64,000 nucleotides of DNA from Pristiophorus japonicus (taxonomy: Eukaryota), in assembly GCF_044704955.1 (NCBI RefSeq), contig NC_091980.1, positions 268,832,001 through 268,896,000 of the forward strand, written 5' to 3'. Below, piece by piece: positions 12,656-26,399 of the stretch (positions are counted from its first letter, which is position 1; every line of letters starts with the position of its first letter). The notes under the pieces are model-generated. The model saw only the letters and a list, made by a program, of their open reading frames with translations, searched no databases and was not told the origin of the DNA. The position numbers and the translations under genes are program-made.

Positions 12656-12818
12656 CAGAATTAGCTGAGAAGCATTCCAGGAAAAGTATGATGTGTTTCT
12701 TTGTATTAAATATTATGTAAAAAATGCACCGCTGTGACTTTATTTTGGTTTGTCTGTAGGAATTAGTTTGATTTGATTATTTAATTATGCATAGTCAGTA
12801 CATGTAATTCAGAGATGA

Positions 12819-13243
12819 CAAAAGTAAAATACTGCGGATGCTGGAATTTAGAATAAAAACAGAAAATGCTGGAAATCTCAGCAGGTCAGGCAGCATCTGT
12901 GCAGAGGAAGCAGAGTTAAAGTTTCGGGTCGATGAGTCTTCGTCAGAACTGGAGAGTGTTCGAAAAGAACAGATTCTTAACAAGTACTGAAAGGGGGAGG
13001 GGAAGAAAAAACAAAAGGGAAGGTCTGTGATAGGTTGGAAGACAGGAGAGATTAGAGAGACAAAGGGGATGATGGCCCAAATTCAAATGGTAATGCCAGG
13101 AGTTAGAAAAACATTAGAATGTCCTTCAAACTTTTACGTCTGATAAAAACAGGCGCATAGCTTACTTTTACCAGTGTAACACATTTAAAACATATAAAAA
13201 TTAAATTTAAACACTCATGTTTATATTTTAAAACCATGTCCAT
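12819..13243 (-). mobile_element. Penelope-like fragment fused to a MITE-internal fragment, flanked by a 14-bp direct repeat
   Basis: TAATTCAGAGATGA at 12805-12818 and 13244-13257; minus-strand CTGACGA...GAAAC at ~12921-12946. Confidence 0.7.
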
Positions 13244-13464
13244 TAATTCAGAGATGATGAATTAAATGATACTGCAGTATGATCTAATTAAAATTAGGTC
13301 ATTTTAAATTAAATAAAAATAAAATTGCTCATAAACTCGGATTAAGATGAAGAAAGGTTTCAAATTGTTGTCAATAATTTATTTTGAAATGTTTACTTCT
13401 ATATAATCCATTGTCATTCTTATTGGACACTTAAGACAATGTAATTAAAAATAGTTTAGGATGC

Positions 13465-14208
13465 TCGCCGAAAATTCTGGCCTCTCCAAGTCCGTATGAA
13501 GTGCGCACGGACCCAGTAAGGCCTCGCAAAGCCGGTTTTCGGGGCATGGTGCGCATGTGCTGAGAACCGGCTTTTCCGATTTGTCAAGATTTCTTTGTAC
13601 AGATCTTCCGCATCCCCACAGGAAGGACATCCGCGCGGGAGAGATTGGGTTATTTGCGCAACTCACGCCCAGCGAATGTCCTTCAAACTTTTACGCCTGG
13701 TAAAAGCAGGTGCATAGCTTACTTTTACCAGAGTAACACTTTTAAAACATATAAAAATTACATTTAAACATTTTTATATTAAAAACCTTGTCTATTAAGG
13801 TAAGTTTATTTTTAGCCCGATTAAAACATATTAAAAAAAATTCCCAAAAATTTTTTTCTAAAACATTTAATTAAATTTAATTTCAATTAATTTTAAATAT
13901 GTGAGGTGTTTTATTTATTTATTATGCTGTGTTTTGGTGTTTATGGGGGTTTTCTCATTGATAGTAATGGGAACTCGTACAAATGGAGTTCCCATTTTTA
14001 TCAATGAGAATACTGCATAGTGATTGGTGGTCCATATGACTTCAGCATGTACGTACGTATTTGAAAGACATCTCCCCATGCGCTGCGCAGGGAATCTAGG
14101 CCTCCGACCGAAATCCTATGTTCCTCCAGGACTACCAGTTACTTTCGTAGATTTTTTTCGGGTCAGAGGCGTTCGTACAAAGGAAGCCTCCGACCACAAT
14201 TTTCCCCC
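13465..14208. mobile_element. probable Harbinger-like MITE with degraded TIRs
   Basis: ends gccgaaaattctggcc / ccacaattttccccc; GC-rich ends and AT-rich core like the other MITEs here. Confidence 0.45.
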
Positions 14209-16514
14209 TGCTATTTTTATTTAATACCTTGTTGCCTTAATTTTAAAGAGACAAATTAAAGCTAATTGTCGCAAAGTTAGTTCAAACATTTGTGTAGCAT
14301 TCCATTTCCTTTAATCAAAATGTTTGCAAAACATGCAAAATGTTCTGACTTTATTTTCTTTTAATGATAAACAATAATTTATGAACATTATTTAATTAGC
14401 TGAGCTTTTAAAAAAAATTATGGAAAGTGAAGATGATTGCTGATGGAAAGGTTTCTTACAGGATACACAACAATAATGCCCCAAAGCCATCTCGAATGTG
14501 ACAAATTCAAGAGCTGGAAGGAAAGCAATACGGTCAGCTAATATATTCCTTTCTGAAAAGGGAGGTGAACAAGTTTTGCCGAGCACCATTTGTCCTTAAC
14601 TTTATACAGAGTCCATGAAATATCCATTCAGGCTTTTACTTTCAAATATATTTTACATTTCTAGGGATTAGTGATTTTCTCCTTCAAAATAATCTTGCAG
14701 TATTTTGTAAACAGTCTATAAACATATTTAAAACACAGTGGTTGGTTTACTTATTCCCGCATTATTTGTCAGTTTCTTCTTAGCATTCGGGGATGCTGAA
14801 TTTAACATTTTGGTTGAGTTGAGTATTATGTAAATTGTCTTAAGTTTAAAGAATTTCCATTAAAACAAAGTTAGTACATGCCACAACCCTCTCACAGAGG
14901 TAAAGGTATTTGAAATAAATGTATTTAACATGCTAATAGTAATTCTACAAAAATTAAATGCCTTCTATTGTGTGCATTGGTACATCACAACAAGAACTGG
15001 CAGTAAAAAGATAATTTTTCTGAGAATTTAGTTGGCATAACTTTCATCCATCAAAGAAAATTTAATTGCACTTTAGGTGTGGTGTACATTTTATTTACTT
15101 TTATAATTCAGTCTAAATTAAAATGCTGGTGATTCGCATCGCTTTATATGAGCAATGATAACTCATGCTAAGCTAATATAATATCACATAGATTTTTGTG
15201 AAAAATCCTCTTTTGAAACAACTTTAGTTGACTGCCGATTGTTATATCATGCTGCAAATTTAAGCAATTATTAAATGCATTACTTTTGTTAGTTACTATG
15301 TATAGATAACTAAGGTTTGTGTTGAACTAGTTTCAGCAGACATTCACAGTTCTGTATTCTGTTTAATGTTTAGGGATCATTAACCAATAACTGATATTGT
15401 TCAGTACAGTCTATTATTGTAGTAGTTTTTGATAAACTAGTTATTTACTTGCATTCTACGATGTATTATTTTAAATGCCCTGTAAATGTAATCCTGTTTT
15501 AATTCAGATGTACAGAGATTTAGAGCTTAATTTTAAAATTATAGTTTACAGTAAGTTTTTAATCACAATTTATTTTGTATGTTTTCAAGTAGTCCTTGTC
15601 CATGTTTAAAAAAAACTTTGTTCTGTTTCTCAAAAATATTGCAAAAACATATTTGTAAATACTATATTTTTTGTATCCCTAATTTGTAACTCTGTTGCAA
15701 GTGGTCCACAGTAACAGAGTAAAAGTTATTGAATTTCAGTACAAAACTGAAACTATCCAATGTTGTTTACTTCCTATTGCATTTTTTCAACTTCAGTCTA
15801 AATTACATACTATGAATATTGTAATTTCAAAAGATACCACAAGATGTCCTCATTGTCCAGTCAAACATGCCCAGATATTTCAGTGGATCATATTCACACA
15901 GTATTACCCACACCCAGGGTCATTTCTAATGTATCAGTTCTTCATTTCTTTTTACAAAATTCCACTTTGAAATGCAAATGTATAGATGGCTATCACTGGA
16001 AATATAATTTAATAGTAGTATATCTGCACCAAGGCATAATGTGGGTCTTGCTGAATTTCATCTATTTTATTTGACATTTTTAAATCCCTATGCAGCATCT
16101 GATGTACAGATAGAAAATCACTTAGATGCACCTTTCAGGATCATTTAGTTACAAAATGTATTTGGAATGAATGCATTTGCAATCAATAAGATGTTTCAAC
16201 AACATAGTACTAGACCATTTCACCATGCATTAAATAAGTTAAAACCTTGGTCAAATCTTGTTTTCATTACTGTTAATGGTGCTTGTGCTTCCATCGCTCT
16301 ATGTAGACTATTCAATTAATTTTGTAGAGCTCATGCACTGAACAGCAGTTAACTCAAAGCAACGGTTTTTGTTCATTTCTCAGCATATAAACATGTTTCA
16401 TATGCTATATAAAATTGCACCATTGTAGTTATTTGAGACAAAGAGGAAAATTGCAGAATTTCAAATGCATTATAAAAGGGTCAAATTGTAAAGTGATTGA
16501 AAAGCTGCATTAAA

Positions 16515-17061
16515 GAGAGCAGCGTGCGGCGGTTCGGTCCCGGCCTGCAAAACCATCAGCAGGCCGGGGCCATCAGAGGGAGCAGCGTTGCGGCGGCGGC
16601 ATACCACTGCAGGAGGGTGACGGCTGCGAAGTCAGGTCGCTGATTGCAGTGCGGGCAGGCACAGCAGGAGGGACGAAGGAGCAAGAGTTTGTAGAAGGAA
16701 GTGACCGGGCCCCAGGAGAGGCATGAATCTGGGGCCCAGAAGTGGCAAGGATCCAGGGGCAGGACGGGCTAGCCCACACTGCGATATGTGTGCGTGCTCG
16801 GTCCGTGCAGCAGAGCTGGTCTCCAGTCGTCTTGGGTAATCCTTGCCACTAGACCAAGACCTAACGCTGTCAAGCCCGTGTGGTGGCTGGGGTGCAACGG
16901 CCACCACACGTAAAAAAAATCCACACACAGGCATCTTCCACCCTCCAAGATGTAGTTTGGGATCTGGAATATTAGGTCCTTCATTGAAACACCTGTGAAC
17001 TCATTCCTTTTTGGCGTGGAAGCAAGTCATCCTCGCTTCGAGGGACTGCCTATGATGATGA
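16515..17061 (+). mobile_element. non-autonomous RTE derivative (5' UTR + ORF start fused to 3' tail)
   Basis: contains ATGtagtttgggatctggaatattagg (decayed M-x-FGxWNIR) followed closely by ggaagcaagtcatcctcg...gggactgcctatgatgatga. Confidence 0.8.
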
Positions 17062-17461
17062 CAAATAAATATTAATATTTTAAAATCAATTAATGCAAAC
17101 AAATATTAATATTTAAATCAATTAATGTAATATGTCATCCGCATTGGTAAATTATCTGTTCATATGAAATAAAAATAGAAAATAGACAGTAAGTCAGTTA
17201 TCATCCATAGAGTGAAAAGACAGGTTATAGTATTTTGGGTGTATATTCCTTCATCAGATGAGTAGATACCAGAAATGTCATAAACTATCTTTTCTCTTTA
17301 TATACATTGGCTCATCTGTTGTGTATTCCCAGCATTTTCTGCTTTTGTTTGATTTACAGCATTTGCAGTTTTTTCTATTTGTTTTACTGTTCATATGGGT
17401 TTATTTTCATGTATTAAGACAATATTCAATATTAAACTATAAATCATTTGAAGATGGGTTT

Positions 17462-20400
17462 TATTGTGTTCCTAACACAGATGAGACTGCACACAGGGAA
17501 GTTAAAGTAACAGTCTTTATTAAGACACTCCAGAGTGAGGAACAGGCCTTAGGGGACAACTTATATACAGTGCTCCCAAGGGATGCTGGGATCCCTTTGG
17601 ACTTCAGGGAATGCACTCCCAGGTGGCGGAACATGGGAGTGCATGCTTTACAGATACACAACATCACTCCCCCACAAAGTTAAAGTGAAAACTATTTACG
17701 AGGTGAGGCGGTCGGGAGCCTTTCTTTCCCTGGTGGACCGCCTCGGTACAAATGTCTGTTCTGGTGTGTTGGATGTGCCCTCGCTGGGCTGGCGTGTTGT
17801 TGGCCCTGCAGGGCTGCTGGGTGAGCCTTGCCTTGCTGGGCTGTTGGGCGTGATGCATTTGATTTCCTGGTCCGGGGTGGTGTCGTTGATCCTTTGGGTG
17901 TGTGTTGTGGGCTCGAAAAAGGTGGTGTCTGCTTTGGGATGTTCAGGGCAGTCTGTGAACCGCAGCCTCGTTTGGTCCAGGTGCTTTCTGCAAATTTGTC
18001 CATTGTCTAATTTGACGACAAACATCCTACTCCCTTCTTTAGCTATCACCATGCCCGTGATCCACTTGGGACCATGTCCATAGTTTAGCACATACACAGG
18101 TTCATTCAGATCAATTTCCCGTGACACAGTGGCGCGACCATTGTTTACATTTTGTTGCTGCCACCTGCTCTCTACCTGATCATGCAGGTTGGGGTGAACC
18201 AGCGTGAGTCTAGTTTTAAGTGTCCTTTTCATGAGTAGCTCAGCTGGGGGCACCCCTGTGAGCGAGCGGGGTCTCATGCGGTAGCTGAGCAGTACTTGGG
18301 ACAGGCGAGTTTGGAGTGAGCCTTCTGTGACTCGTTTGAGGCTCTGTTTGATTGTACTGTCCGCTCTGCCTGCGCATTGGAGGCTGGTTTAAACGGGGCC
18401 GAGGTGATATGTTTGATCCCATTGCGGGTCATGAATTCTTTAAATTCGGCACTGGTAAAACATGGCCCGTTGTCACTGACCAGTATGTCAGGCAGGCCAT
18501 GGGTGGCAAACATGGCCCTCAGGCTTTCAATGGTGACGGTGGCGGTGCTTCCCGACATTATTTCACATTCAATCCCTTTTGAAAAAACATCCACCACCAC
18601 CAGGAACATTTTACCGAGAAACAGGCCTGCATAGTTGACATGGATTCTCGACCATGGTCTGGAAGGCCAGGACCACAAACTTCGTGGTGCCTCTCTGGGC
18701 GCGTTGCTCAACTGAGCACACGCTGCATTGCCGTACACAGGACTCTTAAGTCAGAGTCGATACCGGACCACCACACGTGGGATCTGGCTATCGCGTTCAT
18801 CATTACTATACCCGGGTGTGCTGTGGAGATCCGAGATGAACGTCTCCCTGCCCTTTTTGGGTAGCACTACGCGGTTACCCCACAACAGGCAGTCTGCCTA
18901 AATGGACAGCTCGTCCTTTCGCCGCAGGAACGGCTTGATTAGCTCTTGCATTTCAACGGGGATGCTGGCCCAGCTCCCATGCAGTACACAGTTTTTACTA
19001 GGGACAGCAGAGGATCTTGGCTGGTCCAAGTCCTAATCTGGCGGGCCGTGACAGGTGATTTATCATTTTCAAATGCTTCCATGACCATCAACAAGTCTGC
19101 GGGCTGCGCCACCATCAACAATTTTGCAGGTTGCGCCATTTCCACCCCCGTGGTGGGCAATGGTAGCCGACTGAGAGCATCCGCACAGTTCTCAGTGCCT
19201 GGCCTGTGGCGGATGGTATAGTTATACGCTGATAGCGCGAGTGCCCACCTTTGTATGTGGGCTGAGGCATTAGTATTTATCCCCTTGTTTTCAGCGAACA
19301 GGGTTATGAGGGACTTGTGATCGGTTTCCAGCTCAAATTTGAGGCCAAACAGGTACTGATGCATTTTCTTTACCCCGAACACACACGCTAATGCCTCTTT
19401 CTCAATCATGCTGTAGGCCCTCTCGGCCTTAGACAAGCTCCTGGAGGCATAGGCGACAGGTTGCAACTTCCCCGCAACGTTAGCTTGTTGTAATACACAC
19501 TCGACTCCGTACGACAATGCATCACATGCTAGCACAAGTCTTTTACACGGGTTGTACAATACAAGCAGCTTGTTGGAGCATAAACTGTTTCTGGCTTTCT
19601 CAAAAGCAATTACTTGGTTTTTTCCCCATATCCAGTTCTCACCTTTAAGCAATAACACATGTAGGGGCTCTAAGAGGGTGCTTAACCCCAGTAGGAAGTT
19701 TCCAAAATAGTTGAGGAGTCCCAGGAACAACCGCAGCTCCATGACATTCTGTGACCTGGGCGCGTTCCTGATGGCCTCTGTCTTGGCGTCTGTGGGCCGA
19801 ATGCCGTCCGCCACAATCTTTCTCCCCAAAAACTCCACTTCTGTTGACATGAAGACGCATTGCGACCTCTTCAGCAGCAGCCCTACACGATCCAGTCGCT
19901 GGAGGACCTCCTCCAGATTTTGTACGTGCTCGACAGTGTCCCAACCCGTGACCAATATGTCGTCCTGAAAAACCACCGTGCGTGCTACCGACTTGAGTAG
20001 GCTCTCCTTGTTTCTCTGGAAGATCGCTGCAGCCGACCGAATTCCAAACGGACATCTGTTGTAGATGAACAGTCCCTTGTGTGTGTTGATGCAGGTGAGG
20101 CCCTTCAAAGACTCCTCCAGCTCCTGCATCATATAGGCCGGAGTCAGGTCGAGCTTGGTGAACGTCTTGCCTCCTGCCAGCGTCGCAAATAGGTCGTCAG
20201 CCTTAGGTAGCAGGTATTGGTCCTGTAGCGAGAAACGATTAATAGTTACTTTATAATCGCCACAAATCCTGACCGTGCCATCACTTTTGAGTACTGGAAC
20301 AATCGGGCTGGCCCACTCACTGAATTCCACTGGGGAGATGATGCTCTCGCATTGCAGCCTGTCCAGCTCGATTTCCACTTTCTCCCTCATCATGTGAGGT

Positions 20401-22037
20401 ACCGCTCATGCCTTGTGGCGAATGGGTCGTGCCTCTGGGACCAAGTGGATCCGCACCTTCGCCCTGGAAAAGTTTCCAATGCCTGGCTCAAAAAGGGAAG
20501 GAAATTTGTTAAGAACCTGGGTACATGAGGCCTCATCAACATGTGATAGCGCTCGGATGTCATTCCAGTTCCGGCGGATTTTGCCCAGCCAGCTCCTTCC
20601 AAGCAGTGTGGGGCCATCGCCTGGGACAATCCAGAGTGGCAGTTCATGCACCGTGCCCTCGTAGGTGACCTTGACCATGGCGCTGCCCAGGACAATGATG
20701 AGCTCTTTGGTGTACATTCTCAGTTTCGTGTGGATGGGGCTCAAGGCTGGTTTGAGTGCCTTGTTGCACCACAGTCTCTCAAACATCTTTTTACTCATGA
20801 TGGATTGGCTAGCGCCAGTGTCCAGTTCCATGGCTACGGGCAAGCCATTCAATTTTACATTCAGCATTATAGGTGGACATTTCATCGAAAATGTGTGCAC
20901 CCCATGTACTTCAGCATCTGCCTCCTCTCTCTCAGGCTCGAAATTGCTTTGATCCGCCATGGACCGATCTTCCTCTGCCACGTGGTGGTTAACAGGTTTT
21001 GCAGAGCTTGCAGCTCGTCTGCAAGCTCGTTGGAGGTGCCCCATTGTTCCACAGCTCTTGCAAACATACCCTTTGAAGCGGCATGAAAAGGCTGAATGGA
21101 AGCCTCCACAACAAGGTGTGAATTGCTTGTTGTGGACTCTGAGTCATCTGGGTCACCTGAGGCCTGCTGGCAGTTGCAGACTTGTGGTTTCTGCCCTGTA
21201 CATTTCTGCTTGCAAACACAGTTCCAGTTAATTTTTATCAACATTGCTAGCACTTGTGTCCTGAGAGATTTGTTTGGTGTTATCACTGGTGGACATAAAC
21301 GCCTGTGCTATCGCAATGGCCTTACTGAGGGTCGGTGTCTCTTCAGTCAAAAGTTTTCGTAGGATGGTCTCGTGGCCAATGCCCAGTACAAAAAAGTCTC
21401 TGAGCATCTGCTCCAAGTAGCCATCAAACTCACATTGTCTTGCAAGTCGCCTTAGCTCGGCGACGTAGCTCGCCACTTCCTGACCTTCAGATCGCTGGCA
21501 CGTGTAGAACTGATGCCTCGCCATCAGCACGCTCTCCCTCGGGTTAAGATGCTCCCGAACCAGTGTACACAGCTCCTCATATGACTTATCCGTGGATTTC
21601 ACCGGAGCCAGAAGATTCTTCATGAGACTGGACGTCGGTGCCCCGCAGACTGTGAGGAGGACTGCTCTCCTTTTTGCAGCGCTTCCTTCTCCGTTCAGCT
21701 CGTTGGCTACAAAATACTGGTCTAGCCGTTCGACATAGGCTTCCCAGTCCTCACCCTCCGAGAACTTCTCCAGGATGCCCACAGTTTGCTGCATCTTTGC
21801 GTTGGATTCGTATTCTCATCGCCAGTTATTGTGTTCCTAACACTGATGAGACTGTGCACAGGGAGGCTAAAGTAACAGTGACCTCAGTCTTTATTAAGAC
21901 ACTCCAGAGTGAGGAACAGGCCTTAGGGGCTGGCTTATATACAATGCTCCCAAGGGATGCTGGGATCCTTTGGGACTTCAGGGGATGCGCTCCCTGGTGG
22001 TGGAACATGGGAGTGCATGCTTTACAGATACACAACA
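17462..22037 (-). mobile_element. full-length Ty3/Gypsy LTR retrotransposon, Mag-like clade, frameshifted
   Basis: LTRs 17462-17663 and 21827-22037; TSD GGTTT; PBS TGGCGATGAG (tRNA-Ser-like); PPT next to the 3' LTR; gag 21228-21794, CCHC, protease LDTGA, RT VFQDD, RNase H and integrase in order. Confidence 0.95.
18939..20393 (-). pseudogene. pol RT-RNase H fragment of LTR element 1
   Basis: 484-aa ORF with WASPIVPVLKSDGTVRICGDYK, FQDDILV, CDA, EKEALA and DALSRLP. Confidence 0.9.
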
Positions 22038-22106
22038 GGTTTGGCCAGGTTATTTTCTACTGCCTCCATCAACAGTGCTTTGCGATTAGCTGAGACTGGT
22101 CTTGTC

Positions 22107-22816
22107 CAGTGTGTGATACCCGTCCACCTGTATGGCTCAGAGACATGGACCAAATACAGTAGACACCTCAAATCGCTGGAGAAATACCACCAATGATGTC
22201 TCCGCAAGATCTTGCAAATCCCCTGGGATGATAGACACACCAATGTCAGTGTTCTCGATCAGGCCAACATCCCCAGCATTGAAGCACTGACCACACTCGA
22301 CCAGCTCCGTTGGGTGGGCCACATTGTTCGCATGCCCAACACAAGACTCCCAAAGCAAAAGCTCTACTCGGAACTCCTACACAGCAAGCGAGTTAACTGC
22401 TGTTCAGTGCATGAGTTCTACAACATTAATTGAATAGTCTACATAGAGTGATGGAAGCACAAGTGGGCAGAGGAAATGTTTCAAGGGCACCCTCAAAGCT
22501 CCCTGATAAAGTGCAACATCCCCATCGACATCTGGGAGTCCCTGGCCAAAGACCACCCTAAGTGGAGGAAAAGCATCCGGGAGGGCACTGAGCCCCTCGA
22601 TGCTCATCGCTGAGAGCATGCAAAAAACAAGCGCAGACAGCAGAAGGAGCGTGTGGCAAACCAGTCCAACCCACCCTTTCCTCCAATGACTGTCTGTCCC
22701 ACCTGCGACCGAGACTGTAATTCCCGTATTGGACTGTTTAGTCACCTGAGAACCACTTTTGGAGTGGAAACAAGTATTCCTCGATTTCGAGGGACTGCCT
22801 ATGATGATGATGATGA
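22107..22816 (+). mobile_element. RTE-clade LINE 3' fragment
   Basis: LYGSETW and QLRWVGHIVRMPNTRLPKQ motifs; (ATG)n tail; ~28-bp imperfect TSD at 22079-22106 and 22817-22844. Confidence 0.85.
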
Positions 22817-25800
22817 TTTGTGATTAGCTGAGATTGGTTTTGTCAATTTTTCCTCCTGTGTATTATTTTAGAATGATCATAACTGTAACCTTAATGATTA
22901 AATTTACAATAATAAATGGAGTGACTTCATTTTGAGGACTCTTACTGGCTAGTGATCTTTTCAAGTGTTAGTGTCACTTTTAGCAATCTCATTAACTAGT
23001 AGTGATCTTGCGGTCTTTCAAATATTCATCAGAAATCTTGTTGGCCAGTAGTCAGGTCCTCTCAAATATTGTGAGCAATACAATGGGAGGTCAGCTGAAA
23101 AATCCTAAAAATAATTTGCGAGGTAATTAGGCGGTGTAGTGGGTTACGTACAAAAAAGGACAGGAAAAGATAAGCTGCTCCATAAAGCCTGTCCTGCCTC
23201 ACATGGTGCAACCCGCTCCCACCATTAAACTCAACCTTTCTGCAGCTGCTCTGTCTCCTGATAGAGGCAAAAAACCAGAGTTATTTGGCAGCCATTCTCC
23301 TCAGGGACTTGGGTTCAAATCCAGGGTGAAAATCTCCTCTGGCGGGTGTATGTAAGGGACCTATGTAGAAGGAGTTTGGACAGTCTCAATCTAGTTCCTC
23401 ATATGCATACTGTCCCTAATTGGGCATCAGTTGACAATCTCACCAGTTCACAAAATCGCTGGTGTGGAAGATGGTGGGAAATCATGCTGCATTTGCGGGT
23501 GCTGTTATGAGGTTGGGGGCAGAGCAGAAGAATTTTACTCAGCATTACTGTAATCCCTGACCTGGGAATGCTTAATGCTAACAGTGACTGTCTAAAATGG
23601 GAAAAATTCCATTCCCCAGCACTAATATCACTTCATCCTGATGAGCTAAAAAAATATATTTAAAAAAGCATTTTCAATAATGGCAGCCACAATGAGTTGT
23701 TTTGTCATTAATATGATACTCTGGCCTTTTTTTTAAGATGTATTTTTCATTTAATAGTGCGTGATTTTATTTACCTTCAATTAAAAAAAAAGCTCATGTG
23801 GACAATATATTTTTTTAAGTTACTGGAAGAATTTCATGCATAATACTTGGTTGATTCAAATTATTCTACCAGAAAGTGAAAACAATGATTCTGAAATATC
23901 ATGATACACAAATACTTTTTTTTTAAATCACTTTTTTAAAATCATTTGGTCGAAATTTTTGAATTCTCCACTTTAATTTTAATTTTGGCATTTGTAACTT
24001 ACCAATAATTCATTGCCAATAATGTTCACATAAAAATCACCAATAATTTATTTATTTGACATAAAATAAACATAATTTTTGTTTATGCCTCATCCAATAA
24101 GCATCAATGTCGATAAAAATGCTATTTGCATAAAAGTAATGAAATATTAATGGTGTTTTTTGAGATGGCACCAACATGCAATACAGCAGTGTCTTTTTGA
24201 GGTTTGCAGTGTGTCTAACATGATTGGCTTATACTATAACTTAATGGAATGGAAAGTGACAGGCCGTGCCTGATTTCTCTATGCAGTAGAACTTGTAGTT
24301 TCAGTGACCTTTTTACCCGAGTTGTTGTAAATGAAGCAAATCCTTGCATCTTTGTATACTTAATACTGGGTACAATATTTTTTTTTTCTTCTTGCAAGGG
24401 TGTCTTTCAAAAATTTTGCAAGTTTAATTGAAAACATTGGGCTGAATCTTAACTCCCAAAAATGGGTGGGTTAGTGTCGTGTCATAGGTTAAAATGCAAA
24501 GAATTTGAAACATGAATCCAGCGTGCCCCGAGCCCACCCACTTCCAGTTTTAGCGGAGGCGGGGCAAGGATGACTAATCTTATCACAGGAAGCGGGTTGG
24601 TTATTTAAATATTGTAATGAGGCTGCCTGCCTTCATTTTAACATTCTTTCTATTTTTAACCCATTGCAACCCGGTTTCCAGGCCTCAGGAAACCGAGCAG
24701 GTTCAAGGAGTCAAGAAGAGCTGAATCCATAAGGTAAGTGCCTTTACAGCACTGCTTGTGGGCCAGGAGGAGCGGAGCGTTTCTTCCAGATCCAGCCAGC
24801 TACCCAGTAAACCGCCCCCCCCCCCCCCACCTCCCCCCGAGTGCCATCGGGCTGCCCCCGCCCTCCCCCTGGGACCACCAACCGACCCTCACCCACGATT
24901 CAAACCTTCCCCCCACACACGATCCGGACAAACTCTGTGATCCAGACCCCATCCCCCGCCCCATGATCTTTATCCCTCCCCTAATGCACCTACCTGCTTT
25001 TGTAAATTTCAGCCTTGAGAAGCAGGCTTCCTGCCCTAAAGTCCTCCAGCCAGTTAATCAGGCTGCCTGTGGGCAGGAACCCGACAGAAAAAAAATTCTG
25101 AGAACCCTGCAGTTAAAAACTGCAGGACATTTGAGAAACCTGTTCTTCTGGGTTTCACGACTTCACTATGATCTCACTAAATTGAGATACATTGTTAACA
25201 ATTTCAAGCACCAAAAGAATCTGTTCTATACAAACATAGAACACACAAGGAGACCGTTCGGCCCTCGTCTCTGTGCCGACTCTTTGCCAGAGCAATCCAA
25301 AACTAATTCTGCTACACCACCTTTTCCCCATAGCATGATAATTAAATTTTACCCTAAAAGATGCAATGGTCTACAATTTAACAGCTGCGTAAAGAAATTT
25401 CTCCTAAACCTCTCATTACTCACATAATGACATTTCTGGTTGCACCCACACAACTTACACTGTGGTCCAATCCATTTATTTGAGAAACTCTCAACTGGAA
25501 GGGAAAATAGATGGGCTTTTGTGATTTGCATTGATTGAAGGAGTTTAGCAAGGTCAGGAAAGATGCTCTATGCCAAGTGATTCACCTTCCAACTGTTTAC
25601 AAGGCCAAGTAAGGATGGGTGCAGCTGCAACAACACTCAAAATGCAATGTAGATAAATGCAAAGCACTTCCCATGGGGACAAAAAAAATCCAGGCAGGGA
25701 TTATTACTTAAATGGAAAAAAAAATAATGTGTATGGAAAATGAAAGAGATCTGAGGGGTCCTGGTTGACAATAAATTGAAGTTATCGCAACAATGCTCAG

Positions 25801-26399
25801 TGGCAGTGAATAAGCATATCAGATGTTGGTTGTATTAAAAGATCAACATTGAGCCAAAATAGTGGAATAATCCTGCCACTTTATAAATCATTGGGGTGAC
25901 CGCATCTGGAATCACGTGTACAGTTCTGATCACCGTAGTTCAAAAAGGATATTGCAGCTACTGAAATGATACAGAAGAGAACAACCAGAGTGCTTGAAGG
26001 GATGGAGGGTTTAGATTATAATGGGCGATCATGTAAACTGGGCATATTGTCACTGGAAAAGAGAAGGTTGAGAAGTGATATGATTGCTGTTTATAAGATT
26101 CTAAAAGGACTATATAATATAAACTATGATGAGCTGTTTCGCTTTGCCTAGAACAGTAAAACCAGATGGGATAGCCTGTGATTAACATGGTGTTTCAAAA
26201 CCAATCTGTGGATCTGCAACAGACTTCCATGGGAGATGGTGGAAGTAAATAGATTTGATTCATCATTCAAATACAAATAAGTTAGATGTCTTTCTGCACA
26301 TAATATTTTGAGATACAGTATATGACTAATTTGAGACATGACATATTGTAAGTGTAGCTTGCTTGGGAGGAGCAGGTGACTTTGGACCTATGGTACCCA

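Noticed and set aside
24738-25427. 229-aa ORF
   Set aside because: It spans a C-rich MITE-like interior and an antisense CR1 tail, with no coherent domain.
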